This document shows, piece by piece, positions 48,237-57,886 of a stretch of DNA of 64,000 nucleotides (its first letter is position 1; every line of letters starts with the position of its first letter). The DNA comes from a bacterium (GTDB lineage Bacteria; UBA8248; JACPRG01; G963555815): the NCBI GenBank assembly GCA_965261595.1, contig CBDHDG010000007.1, forward strand, positions 512,001-576,000, written 5' to 3'. Both the position numbers and the translations under genes were made by a program. The notes under the pieces were generated by a model that saw nothing but the letters and a program-made list of their open reading frames with translations, did no database searches and had not been told where the DNA came from.

Positions 48237-48336
48237 GGATAGCCCTGATTCAGTCTCCGGATTTTCCGAGGGACGGCGCAAGCGGCATCTATCCGCGAAA
48301 GCGCGTCCCGATGGGAACCAGGGTTCGGGTTTTTTT
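48237..48336 (+). ncRNA. Candidate structured cis-regulatory leader RNA with terminator
   Basis: Nested complementary segments, GCAA and GAAA tetraloop hairpins, T7 tract; family not recognised. Confidence 0.4.
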
Positions 48337-48576
48337 GTGAGGTGAACGGACAAGGGCAGGACCCTTCGATGCCGGTATGAAAATCGCGGGGGGAAGACAG
48401 CCGCGGCCTGCCGGATAAGGGCCGCGATCACTAATCGCTTGCACTTGAACGCATCGCCTCGGTCGGGAAGAAGGATGGTTTGCGGATTCCGGCGCCTTCC
48501 TTTCCGCCTGGACGGTCGTTCTCGCTACTGTGCCGGACGGTTGTAGATGATTGGATTTACGATTAAGGAGGAACCT

Positions 48577-49746
48577 ATGGACCCCATTAGGATTGCGATA
48601 GCGGGAGTGGGAAACTGTGCAAGCTCGCTCCTTCAAGGAATCGAGTATTACCGGAAGACGCCGGAGGCCGAAGCCCTCGGTCTGATGCATTTCGACTTGG
48701 CGGGGCACCGCCCCTTCGACATCCGGCCGGTGGCGGCGTTTGACGTGGACACCCGAAAGGTGGGAAAACCCCTTCACGAGGCCGCCTTCGCCCCCCCCAA
48801 TTGCACCGCGACAATCCTCCCGGATCTGCCGGATTACGGTGTGAGCGTCCACATGGGCAAACTCCTGGACGGCGTCGCTCCCCACATGGCGGACTACCCT
48901 CCGGAACGCAGTTTCTTGGTCGACGGCCGGGAGGCCTGCGACGTGGAGGCGGTCCTGCGGGAAAGCAAAGCCGAGATCCTGATTTGCTACCTGCCGGTGG
49001 GATCCGAGGAAGCCATCCGGTTCTACGCCGAATGCTGCCTGAATACGGGTGTGAGCTTCATCAACTGCGTGCCGGTGTTCATCGTCTCGGACCCCGCGTG
49101 GGAGAAGCGTTTCCGGGAGCGCGGCATTCCCGTGGTGGGCGATGACATCAAGTCCCAGGTGGGCGCCACCATCGTTCACAGAGACCTCGTCCGATTGTTC
49201 CAGGACCGGGGCGTCAAGCTCGAGCGCACCTACCAGCTCAACACCGGCGGAAACACCGACTTCCTGAACATGAAGGCGCAAAACCGCCTGGCTTCCAAGA
49301 AACGGTCGAAGACCGAGGCGGTTCAGTCCCAATTGAACGTGCGCTTGGACAATCAGGACATCCACATCGGGCCAAGCGACTACGTTCCTTGGCAGAACGA
49401 CAACAAGGTCTGCTTCATCCGGATGGAGGGCGTCGGCTTCGCGGGCGTCCCCCTGCATCTGGAGCTCCGCCTATCGGTCGAAGACTCCCCCAACAGCGGG
49501 GGCGTGGTGATCGACGCCATTCGCTTCTGTAAGCTGGCCCGGACCCGGGGCGACGCGGGCGCCCTGCTGCCGGTCTCCGCCTACACCATGAAGCATCCGC
49601 CTGTTCAAATCCCGGACACCGAAGCGCGAACCTATCTGGAAGATTATCTCGTGGGGGAACTCACACTCAAAGAGTTCAATGCCTCGCTCCGGCGGAACGG
49701 GGATGCTCTTCGGAAAATACCGGCAAGAATCCCGACTCACGGCTGA
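48577..49746 (+). CDS. ino1: myo-inositol-1(3)-phosphate synthase
   Basis: AIAGVGNCASSL, YLPVGS, GDDIKSQVGATIVHR, NTGGNTDFLNM, VEDSPNSGG; AAGGAGG RBS. Confidence 0.95.
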   Translation: MDPIRIAIAGVGNCASSLLQGIEYYRKTPEAEALGLMHFDLAGHRPFDIRPVAAFDVDTRKVGKPLHEAAFAPPNCTATILPDLPDYGVSVHMGKLLDGVAPHMADYPPERSFLVDGREACDVEAVLRESKAEILICYLPVGSEEAIRFYAECCLNTGVSFINCVPVFIVSDPAWEKRFRERGIPVVGDDIKSQVGATIVHRDLVRLFQDRGVKLERTYQLNTGGNTDFLNMKAQNRLASKKRSKTEAVQSQLNVRLDNQDIHIGPSDYVPWQNDNKVCFIRMEGVGFAGVPLHLELRLSVEDSPNSGGVVIDAIRFCKLARTRGDAGALLPVSAYTMKHPPVQIPDTEARTYLEDYLVGELTLKEFNASLRRNGDALRKIPARIPTHG

Positions 49747-49950
49747 AACCGGCCCCCTTCAGACGCTCCCGGGGGCGGGACTTATGTCCCGCCCGATGAT
49801 GTTGCGCCCGCCCGGATTTTCTGTCGTCATGCGAATCTCCCGGTTGCGGTCGGTCCCCAACCGCACAATATTACTCAGAGACCGGGAAGAATCCCCTAAT
49901 TCCCGGACGGCCTCCTAAGTCATCCACGGGGGGGAGGGGGACGCATTGCC

Positions 49951-50136
49951 ATGTCGCTGAAACACTTCGAAGTCACCTTCTCATTTGCGGGAATCGTTCA
50001 AGTCCAGGCGGAGGATGAGACGGACGCCATCCGCCAGATCCAGGAAAAAGCCGGGGACTTCCTGATGACACGGCTCGATCCGGAAAAGTTCATGATTCAC
50101 TCGGCCGACGAAGTGGATGTCGGCGGACAGTCCTGA
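49951..50136 (+). CDS. Small hypothetical protein (61 aa)
   Basis: GGAGG RBS; V.V.AEDE.DA beta-beta-alpha pattern. Confidence 0.6.
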   Translation: MSLKHFEVTFSFAGIVQVQAEDETDAIRQIQEKAGDFLMTRLDPEKFMIHSADEVDVGGQS

Positions 50137-50164
50137 CTGACCCCGCGGCCCGTTCGCGCGGTGA

Positions 50165-50620
50165 ATGGGGCCACAGGAAACCATGACCGACCGGCTCAAC
50201 CCCGATTGGTGGGAGATTCTCCGCGGATCGCGCTTTCGCTGCACCCAGTGCGGACACTGCTGCGAGCGGCCCGGACACGTGTATTTCAACCGCGAAGAGG
50301 TCGGGCCCATCGCCCGATACCTGGGAATCCCGGTCCGCCGGTTTCTGAGAAAATTCGCCAAAAAATCCGCCGGCGAGCGCGGCTACGAGCTGCGCATGAA
50401 CCCGCAGGGGGTCTGCCCTTTTTACCAGGAAGAGGAAAACACCTGCGGCATCCACCCGGTCAAGTTCGTCCAATGCCGGACCTATCCCTACTGGCCCGAG
50501 AACGTCGAAAGCCCCGCCGCCTGGGCGGAGGTGCGGCGGGAGTGTGAGGGGATTGGACAGGGAGAGAGGGTCCGCAAGCGGGACGTCCAGGAGGGCCTCG
50601 AAGAAAGCGCGCGCGTCTGA
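50165..50620 (+). CDS. YkgJ family CxxCxxCC cysteine-cluster protein
   Basis: FRCTQCGHCC, CPF, CGIH.VK..QCRTYPYW, CEGIG. Confidence 0.88.
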   Translation: MGPQETMTDRLNPDWWEILRGSRFRCTQCGHCCERPGHVYFNREEVGPIARYLGIPVRRFLRKFAKKSAGERGYELRMNPQGVCPFYQEEENTCGIHPVKFVQCRTYPYWPENVESPAAWAEVRRECEGIGQGERVRKRDVQEGLEESARV

Positions 50621-50810
50621 GGCCCCGGCCGGCCCGGTGCAATCCGGGGGCGATGCGTCTCCCCCCCCCTTCGAAAAGCGTCCGTATCGAACCGGATTCA
50701 ACCTTCCGGGCCGACAGCCGGCGGTTTAACCGCCGCGATGACCGGCTCGTTGACAGCGATGGGTTGGTGATTCAAGACCAGGTCCCGGACGGTTCGCCCG
50801 CCGGGTCCAT

Positions 50811-51479
50811 CTATGTTTTGGCCGCCGTGCCGCGCTCCGCCCAGGCCGCGATGACCTCATCCACCGTCGCGACCCGCCCGAAATAGTTGCGGAAGGTCAA
50901 CAGCGTTGCTTCGTGCTCCTCCCGGCTGGTGGCACCGCAGGCGTCTTCAGCCAAAACCACGTTGTAGTCCAGCATGAATCCTTCGCGGGCCGTGCTCTCG
51001 ACGCATACGTTTGTCGCCACGCCCGTCAGGATGAGGGTCTTCACGCCGAGGCTCCGGAGGGCGAGGTCGAGGTTTGTCCCCGTGAATCCGCCGTACCGGT
51101 TCTTTTTGATGAGAATTTCTCCGGGCCGGGGCTCGAACCCTTCGCAAATGTCGGCGCCCCAGGTCCCTTCAACCACCAGGGGGGTGTAGTCGGGGCCGGG
51201 GTCCGCCGAAGCAAACTTGAACCGTTCCATCCTGTGATAGGCGGGCCATGTCCGCTCCGGCCAATGGGACGTCCAAAGGGAGATGACATGCGCCCCGCTC
51301 GCGCGGGCTTCTTCCATCAAACGCGTCAGGCGCGGAAGCACCTCCTGGATGGGACCCATGTCTACGCCCCGTTGGCCCAGGCCTCCTTCGGGGTGGCAGA
51401 AGTCGTTTTGGATGTCTACAAGGATGAGGGCGGAGCTCGAGGGATCGCCCCATTCGCCCAAGGCCGGATCTTCTTTCAT
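50811..51479 (-). CDS. Cysteine hydrolase (isochorismatase family, RutB-like)
   Basis: LVDIQNDFC, GTWGA, K.RYGGF.GT.L, GVATNVCVESTAR. Confidence 0.9.
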   Translation of the reverse strand: MKEDPALGEWGDPSSSALILVDIQNDFCHPEGGLGQRGVDMGPIQEVLPRLTRLMEEARASGAHVISLWTSHWPERTWPAYHRMERFKFASADPGPDYTPLVVEGTWGADICEGFEPRPGEILIKKNRYGGFTGTNLDLALRSLGVKTLILTGVATNVCVESTAREGFMLDYNVVLAEDACGATSREEHEATLLTFRNYFGRVATVDEVIAAWAERGTAAKT

Positions 51480-51600
51480 TGAGCTTCTCTCCTCTCGATT
51501 CAAAGCGGCGTCGGCGGCGCCTTCAAACCAGAAACCATGGGAGCCATGCGGACATTTTAACATTGCGCCCGGCCTCGAAAACCCACGGGTCCGGATTTTC

Positions 51601-52077
51601 TTACGTGTCCGACTCCTCCCCTCCCCCCAACATCTTGAGGACGTCCACGGCGTGCGTCTCCGTCTGGATGTCCCGAATGACCCGCTCAATCTGTCCGTCG
51701 GGACCGATGAGGAACGTTGTTCGGATGATCCCCATCGATGTTTTCCCGTCGCGGACCCGTTCTCCGTACACCCCGTAGGCCCTGCAGGCCTCGACGCCGA
51801 CATCGGCGAGGAGGAGGAAGGGAAGGTTGTGTTCGGCCGCGAACTCCTCATGACTTTCCGGGGGATCGGGGCTTACGCCGATGATCTCGACGCCCTCTTC
51901 GGTGTAGGTGGCGAAATGGTCCCGGAAGCCGCACGCCTGCTTCGTGCAACCGGGCGTCATGTCGCGGGGATAGAAGTAAAGAACCACGCGCTTGCCCTGA
52001 AAGTCGGAGAGGCGGTGGGTCTTTCCCCGCGCGTCCGGCAAAGAGAAGTCCGGGGCGACGTCGCCGGGTTCAGGCAT
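51601..52077 (-). CDS. bcp: Thioredoxin-dependent peroxiredoxin BCP/PrxQ
   Basis: [27 protein letters not shown]. Confidence 0.92.
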   Translation of the reverse strand: MPEPGDVAPDFSLPDARGKTHRLSDFQGKRVVLYFYPRDMTPGCTKQACGFRDHFATYTEEGVEIIGVSPDPPESHEEFAAEHNLPFLLLADVGVEACRAYGVYGERVRDGKTSMGIIRTTFLIGPDGQIERVIRDIQTETHAVDVLKMLGGGEESDT

Positions 52078-52274
52078 GGCCGTTTCCTTTCACCTCGGGG
52101 GGGAGGAGGGGGGAGGGGGGGTCGCGGTCCCCCGCGGCCGATTCGCGCGAACATGCCGGCGCGGACAGGCGGGCGGGGTCCATCAATTGGGTTATAATCG
52201 CATGAAATCCAAGCAGAGGTCGGCTTCCCCTTCCCGGGGGGGTCTCTTTTTCTCGACACCAGGAGGGTTCAACC

Positions 52275-52481
52275 ATGCCGGTTGCGCACATCACATTGCT
52301 GGAAGGCCGATCCAAGGAGGCCAAAGCCAAGATGGCCAGCGAGGTCGCCGAGAGCATCTCCAAGCACTCCGGGGCGCCGATGGCGGCGGTGACTGTCATC
52401 TTCCACGACGTGCCCCCGGACAATTGGGCAAGTGCGGGTGTGCTCTTCAGCGACAAACAGGCCGCCGCCGGGGGCTCCTGA
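52275..52481 (+). CDS. 4-oxalocrotonate tautomerase family
   Basis: N-terminal Pro, EGRSKEAK, NWASAG; AGGAGG RBS. Confidence 0.88.
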   Translation: MPVAHITLLEGRSKEAKAKMASEVAESISKHSGAPMAAVTVIFHDVPPDNWASAGVLFSDKQAAAGGS

Positions 52482-52577
52482 GGCCCGGCCGGGCCGCAAT
52501 CCGGGCCTGGCCGTCATACCGCCATTACAATCGCCGACGCCGCGGAACAGGGGGGCTCTAAACCACGCCCCCGGTCT

Positions 52578-53411
52578 TCACCGTTTCAGAAGCGTTCTCA
52601 CATCCAGCCGCAGCCGGGCCAGCGACTCCGCGTCGTCACTGTGGTAGTAGCCGCGGATCACCGCGCTTCGATCCACGAGGACGAACCGGGAGCTGTGCGT
52701 GTACTTGGAGCTGATAGCGGCGGGGTGGTGCGCCCAGGCCGCTCGCGCCTCGAAGATCCGGAAGATCCTCCCCAACCACCGGGTCGCGGCCCCGATGTCC
52801 GGCCCGGCGTGAGGGCGATCCGCCCTCCCCCCTCTCTCTCCCCCCCGTTCATCGCCGGGTCGCGGGGCCGGGATCGTTTTCCCCCGGGGTTTTTCCGAAA
52901 CGGCGACGCTCAGACGGAATCCATTCCGCACGAGGTCATGGATCGCTTTCCGATCCCCTGTGATGAAGAGCCACCGCTTCCCATCCGCGCCGAAGCGGTC
53001 GGCGTACTCGCGCAGCGACGCCTGCGTGTCCCGCTGCGGATCGATCGTGATGGAGACAAGCCGGAAATCCTTTTCGCCGGCGAAATCCGCTTGAAGACGG
53101 GCCATTTCAGCCGATTGCAGGGGACAGGTGTCTTCGCACCGCGCGTAGAAAAAGTCGGCCACCCAGACCTTCCGCAGAAGGGTCGCGCGCGTCACCTTCC
53201 CGCCGGACCGCTCGGTGAGCGAGAAGTCGGGAACCGTTGAATATGCGGGAATTTCGCGTCCTCCCCGGCCCCGCAGGGAAGACAGCAGCCCGCCCCCAAC
53301 GATTCCCGCCAATATGAGCGCCAAACCTCCCCATAAAGCCGTCTGGACAAGTTTCCCCCAACGGCCCGCCGGTTTCGCTTCAACGCCCTCTGATTCGTTT
53401 TGCGCTTTCAT
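52578..53411 (-). CDS. SCO family copper chaperone
   Basis: TM anchor, FFYARCEDTCP, SITIDPQRDT, HSSRFVLVD. Confidence 0.88.
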   Translation of the reverse strand: MKAQNESEGVEAKPAGRWGKLVQTALWGGLALILAGIVGGGLLSSLRGRGGREIPAYSTVPDFSLTERSGGKVTRATLLRKVWVADFFYARCEDTCPLQSAEMARLQADFAGEKDFRLVSITIDPQRDTQASLREYADRFGADGKRWLFITGDRKAIHDLVRNGFRLSVAVSEKPRGKTIPAPRPGDERGGERGGRADRPHAGPDIGAATRWLGRIFRIFEARAAWAHHPAAISSKYTHSSRFVLVDRSAVIRGYYHSDDAESLARLRLDVRTLLKR

Positions 53412-53658
53412 GGATTGGCTTGCCCCGGCGACGGGACCATGGGTCCCCGAGGACCATCAAACATTCCCCGGTTTCTAACGTCCCATCGAAGCTGAGGGCG
53501 GGCATTTGGGTCGGTTGACCCTTTGCCCGGCCGGAATTGACAATCCGGGTCTCGATCCATACGGCCGTTATCAAGACGCTACATTAACGGGAAAACAATT
53601 CTCAGGGCAAGATAAACCGGCGGGAAACGGACGAAAACGCCCGGCGGAATCCGGGTTT

Positions 53659-54330
53659 CTATCTTTGAAGCGCGGAATGAGACCCCCCCGGTGAAGCCGC
53701 CCGGGAGACATCGAGCAAATTTTCCAAAATTCTCCGCCCGTTCTCCCCGTCCCAATCCTTCGGACCGATTCCCTTGCCGATCATCTCCCCGTTCCGTCCG
53801 ATGATGAACGCGGTCGGAATGAGCGTGACGCCGTAGCGGTCCATCACCTTTTGATTCGGGTCGAGCGGAACAGGGAACGTCAAGCCGAGTTTTTTCAACA
53901 GCGGCAGGACCGACTTTTCACCCCCCGCGTCGATGGAAACGGCGATGACCGCGAGGTCCCGGTCCTTGTAGCGCTCGTGGATCTTCTCCAACGTCGGCAT
54001 TTCCATCCGGCAGGACGGGCACCAGGACGCCCAGAAACTCAGGATCACCACCTTCCCGCGGAAATCGCCGAGGCGGACGGTTTTCCCATCGATCCCGGGA
54101 AGCGAGAAATCCCAAGCCCGCCTTCCATCCAGCGGCTGGAGGCCGAGACTCATGGCGTCCAGGAAGTTGATCGAGGCGGGCCGGGGGGGGGGGGGGAGAG
54201 GGTGTCCCTTCGAGACCGGCTCTTTGGCCGCGGCCGGCCCCAGCCAGAGCAACCCGCCCAGGAGCAGCACCACCAGGCCGGTTCGGCCTCGTCCCTGCGC
54301 GCGCCCCCGGCTGGGAAATTGAAACGACAT
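53659..54330 (-). CDS. TlpA/ResA-family thiol-disulfide reductase
   Basis: FWASWCPSCRMEMP, cis-Pro loop LIPT. Confidence 0.88.
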   Translation of the reverse strand: MSFQFPSRGRAQGRGRTGLVVLLLGGLLWLGPAAAKEPVSKGHPLPPPPRPASINFLDAMSLGLQPLDGRRAWDFSLPGIDGKTVRLGDFRGKVVILSFWASWCPSCRMEMPTLEKIHERYKDRDLAVIAVSIDAGGEKSVLPLLKKLGLTFPVPLDPNQKVMDRYGVTLIPTAFIIGRNGEMIGKGIGPKDWDGENGRRILENLLDVSRAASPGGSHSALQR

Positions 54331-54881
54331 CACAACGCCTTCCCTCGGTTCATGATTCCACGGATCAGCTTCAGGGCGTCCTTTCCGTCCCACTCCCTCG
54401 GACCGACGGCCAGATGGGCGATGCGGCCCTCCCGGTCGATCAGAAAGGTCGTCGGCATGCCGCGGACGCCGAACGCCCTCAAGGCGTCCATGTCGCGGTC
54501 CAGAAGAATGGGATAGGTCAACCCCAGTTTTTTCACAAACGGCGCGACCACCTCTTCGCCCCGGGCGTCGATGCTCACCGCCAGGATCTCGAAGCCTTTT
54601 TCCTTGAGCCTGCCGTAGAGTCTTTCCATGGCGGGCATTTCATGCCGACACGGAAGGCACCAGGTCGCCCAGAAATTGAGAAAGACTACCTTGCCCCGCA
54701 AGGATTTCAGGCTTATGGATTTGCCTTGCAGGGTCGGGATCTCGAGGTCGGGCGCCGGTTTTCCGGCCGTTTGGTGTCCGGCGGATGCGGAATTGGCCCC
54801 CCAGGAGAGCGAAATCAGAAGACCCGCCGCCAGGATGAAACGCCCGCCGCGCCGAGTCCGGAATTTGAGAGGTCTCCGCAT
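54330..54881 (-). CDS. TlpA/ResA-family thiol-disulfide reductase
   Basis: NFWATWCLPCRHEMP, GMPTTFLIDREG. Confidence 0.88.
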   Translation of the reverse strand: MRRPLKFRTRRGGRFILAAGLLISLSWGANSASAGHQTAGKPAPDLEIPTLQGKSISLKSLRGKVVFLNFWATWCLPCRHEMPAMERLYGRLKEKGFEILAVSIDARGEEVVAPFVKKLGLTYPILLDRDMDALRAFGVRGMPTTFLIDREGRIAHLAVGPREWDGKDALKLIRGIMNRGKAL

Positions 54882-54963
54882 CAGTCGCCGGCTCCCGAGA
54901 TCGCCCCCTGGATTGGGTATAACGGCGCTTTGAAAGAAAAATTCCTCGCCGGGACCGGGGTCC

Positions 54964-57588
54964 TCATTCTTCCGGCTCGTCCTCATCAAAGCCCTCAGGG
55001 TCGATCTCGCCGTCGGGCAGGAGCGGATCCGGCGGCATGGCATCCTCCGCCGGCCCGGGAGGAGAAGGCGGCCCCTTCTCCTTCTCATGCCTTTCCCCAT
55101 CCTCTTCGCCGTCCGCCGGTCCCGCTGGCCGGCCGAATTCGCGGAGCCCCTCGGCCAGGTCCTGGAGCCTTTGGTCGACCCGATCGTGCACCGACCCTTC
55201 CGGGAACATGCCTTCTTCGTCGGGCGCTCCGGCGGCCGTTCCCGTGAGGATCTCGATCCCCTCATCCACATGGGATACGGTATAGATGTGGAACTTCCCC
55301 GCCCTGACGGCTTCGATGACGTCATCCTCGAGCATCAGGTTGGACGCATTCTGCTTCGGGATCATGACGCCTTGATCCCCCGTCAGCCCCCTCTCCTCGC
55401 AAACCCGGAAGAAGCCCTCGATCTTTTCGTTGACCCCGCCGATGGGCTGGATCACCCCGTGCTGGTTGACCGAGCCGGTTACGGCGATGCCCTGCCGGAT
55501 CGGCAGATCCGACAGGCTGGAGAGCAACGCGTACAGCTCGGTGGAGGAGGCGCTGTCTCCATCGACGCCTTCGTAAGACTGCTCGAAGCAAATGCTGGCG
55601 GAAAGCGACATCGGCCGGTCCCCGCCGTATTGGCCGCCCATGTACCCGGACAGAATCAGGATCCCTTTGTCGTGGGTCCGTCCGGACATCTTGGACTCGC
55701 GCTCGATGTTGATGACGCCTTCCTCGCCCATGTAGGTTTGGACGGTGATTCGCGACGGCTTGCCGAATCGGTAATCCCCCAGGTCGTAAACGGCGAGTCC
55801 GTTGACCTGGCCGACCACCTCTCCCGTGGTGTCCACCAGGATGACCTCCCGGGTGATGAGCTCCTGGAGCCGCTCTTCCGTCAGGTTGGCTCGCGACTTC
55901 CGCTCGTCCAGGGCCCGCTGGACGTCCCCTTTGCGGATCGCCTGATTTCCCTGTTCTTTGGACCAATACGTCGATTCGTACATCAGGTCCTGGATCTCGC
56001 TGAGGCGGGTGGAGAGCTTGTCCTGTTCGTCCACGTCCCGGGCCGCGTGCTCGATGATTCTCGCCACCGCGTCCCGGTGGAAGGACGGCAGGCCGTTCTT
56101 CGCGGACTGGCAGGCGATAAAGCCGGCGTACTCCAGCAGGTGGCCGTCCTCCCGGCCCATGCGGACGTCGAAATCGGCCTTCACCTTGAAAAGCTTGCGG
56201 AAGTCCTCATCGACCTGGTGCAGGACGTGATAGACGTAGGGATTGCCGACCATCACGACCTTCAGGTTGGTGGGGATGGGCATGGGCTTCATGCCGCCCA
56301 TTGTAACCCCTCCCATCAACTCGGCCAATTCCTCAATCTGAACCTGGCCCGTCCGGAGGGTCCGCTTCAGGGCGTTCCAGACTCCCGGATTCGTCAGGGC
56401 GTCCATGGCATTGAAGACGAGATACCCCCCGTTCGCCCGGCTGACCGAACCGGCCCTGATCATGCTGGCGTCGGTGATGTAGGTTCCGAAGGACGCCTTC
56501 TTCTCGATGAACCCGAACAGGTTTTGAAAGGTCGGGTTGTTTTCGAACAGGACCGGGGGATGCTCCAGATCGCCGTTGTCCACGAAGACGTTCACCCGGT
56601 AGGGGGCGAACGGATCCTGGACCGGGGGTGTGATGTGCATCTCGTGACCGGCCGGCGCTCCCCCCCCCCCCGCGTTCTCGCCGCCTCCCCCGCCCTCCGC
56701 TTTGACGGCGCTTTCGCCCGGGCTCTCCTGGACGCCTTTTCGGAATTCATCCAAACGCGACAGGATACTCTCCCGCACCTGGTCGAAATGGCTCAGGACC
56801 TCGGGGAATTCAGCGTAGTCCTCGCGCAACGCCTGCATGAGAACGCCGATGACCTGGATTCCGACCTCCCGCTGGAGGGCGCGCGCCCGCTCCCGGATCC
56901 CTTTTTCCAGGCCCCTCATCTTTTTGAAGAAATCGCCGAGATTCTGGTTAAAGGCGAGCCGTTTTTTCTCGATCTCCTCTCTCACTTCGGAGTTCAGCGC
57001 GCTGTATTGCTCGTCGCTCAACGTCTGGCCGTTGATGACGGCCCCCAGAACGAAGCCGCCTTGGGTCACGCGGATCGAGAACCCCTCCTTCTCCGCCTCC
57101 TCTTCAAGCTCGCGGAACAGGGCCTGCTGCTTGGCCTGACTCTCCTCCACCGCCCGGCTCCGCTCCCGCTCATAATCTTCGCCCTCGAAGGCCTTCGGGA
57201 TGTCGGTGAGCAGGTCCTGCAAGAGCTCTTCCATGTTTTGTCCAAGCTTCTTGCCCATACCCGCCGGCAGGGAGAGCGCCGTCGGCCGGTCGGGGCGCCT
57301 GAAATTATGGACATACACCCAATCGTTGGGAACGGGCTTGTCCGCGACCCGGCGCTCGCAGTAATCCATGCTGATAGAGGTCCGGCCCGACCCGGGAATG
57401 CCCGCCACGTAGATGTTGAATCCGGGCCGGTCGATCCCCAAGCCGAAGTCCAGGGCGCGGGCGGCCCGGTCCTGGCCCATGATGCCCGTCAGGGGCTCGC
57501 ACCCTTGTGTTGTCTCGAAGGGGAAAATCTCCGGGTCGCACGTCCATTTCAGGGCTTCGGGCGGGAGATCAAAGTCTTTCCGGCTCAT
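54964..57588 (-). CDS. Lon-like ATP-dependent protease (S16, LonB/LonC type)
   Basis: GQDRAARAL, RANGGYL, VGQVNGL, FEQSYEGVDGDSAS, GGVNEKIEGF. Confidence 0.92.
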   Translation of the reverse strand: MSRKDFDLPPEALKWTCDPEIFPFETTQGCEPLTGIMGQDRAARALDFGLGIDRPGFNIYVAGIPGSGRTSISMDYCERRVADKPVPNDWVYVHNFRRPDRPTALSLPAGMGKKLGQNMEELLQDLLTDIPKAFEGEDYERERSRAVEESQAKQQALFRELEEEAEKEGFSIRVTQGGFVLGAVINGQTLSDEQYSALNSEVREEIEKKRLAFNQNLGDFFKKMRGLEKGIRERARALQREVGIQVIGVLMQALREDYAEFPEVLSHFDQVRESILSRLDEFRKGVQESPGESAVKAEGGGGGENAGGGGAPAGHEMHITPPVQDPFAPYRVNVFVDNGDLEHPPVLFENNPTFQNLFGFIEKKASFGTYITDASMIRAGSVSRANGGYLVFNAMDALTNPGVWNALKRTLRTGQVQIEELAELMGGVTMGGMKPMPIPTNLKVVMVGNPYVYHVLHQVDEDFRKLFKVKADFDVRMGREDGHLLEYAGFIACQSAKNGLPSFHRDAVARIIEHAARDVDEQDKLSTRLSEIQDLMYESTYWSKEQGNQAIRKGDVQRALDERKSRANLTEERLQELITREVILVDTTGEVVGQVNGLAVYDLGDYRFGKPSRITVQTYMGEEGVINIERESKMSGRTHDKGILILSGYMGGQYGGDRPMSLSASICFEQSYEGVDGDSASSTELYALLSSLSDLPIRQGIAVTGSVNQHGVIQPIGGVNEKIEGFFRVCEERGLTGDQGVMIPKQNASNLMLEDDVIEAVRAGKFHIYTVSHVDEGIEILTGTAAGAPDEEGMFPEGSVHDRVDQRLQDLAEGLREFGRPAGPADGEEDGERHEKEKGPPSPPGPAEDAMPPDPLLPDGEIDPEGFDEDEPEE

Positions 57589-57886
57589 CGGTGTTCCAAT
57601 CCGTAACGAAGGGGGGGATTGAGAGGCCCTCACGGATCAACGCGCGCCATGAGAACCTGAACGGCTTTGGCACCGCATGAATTGATGGATGAAGGTCTTT
57701 AACGGGATGACGCTGGCGCGCCTCGCCCCTGAAATATGTATCCTACGCCCGGCGAAAACCACTGAACAGGTCCATCCGCCGTCCGCTTCCGCTAGAAATT
57801 CACTTGTGATTTCAAGGGCCGGGACGGCCGGTTCTTTGCTTTTAGGCGGGACGCCTTTCTATAAGCGCCACCCAGGGTTTCCGCCC

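Noticed and set aside
48350..48430. Cobalamin or c-di-GMP riboswitch match
   Set aside because: Only short fragments (GGGAAG, CCTGCC) resemble the consensus; core elements are missing
55087..57606. 839-aa + strand ORF (likewise 3721-5730 -, 18179-20080 -, 21140-23056 -)
   Set aside because: Shadow ORFs opposite the Lon-like protease, lyase and cox genes
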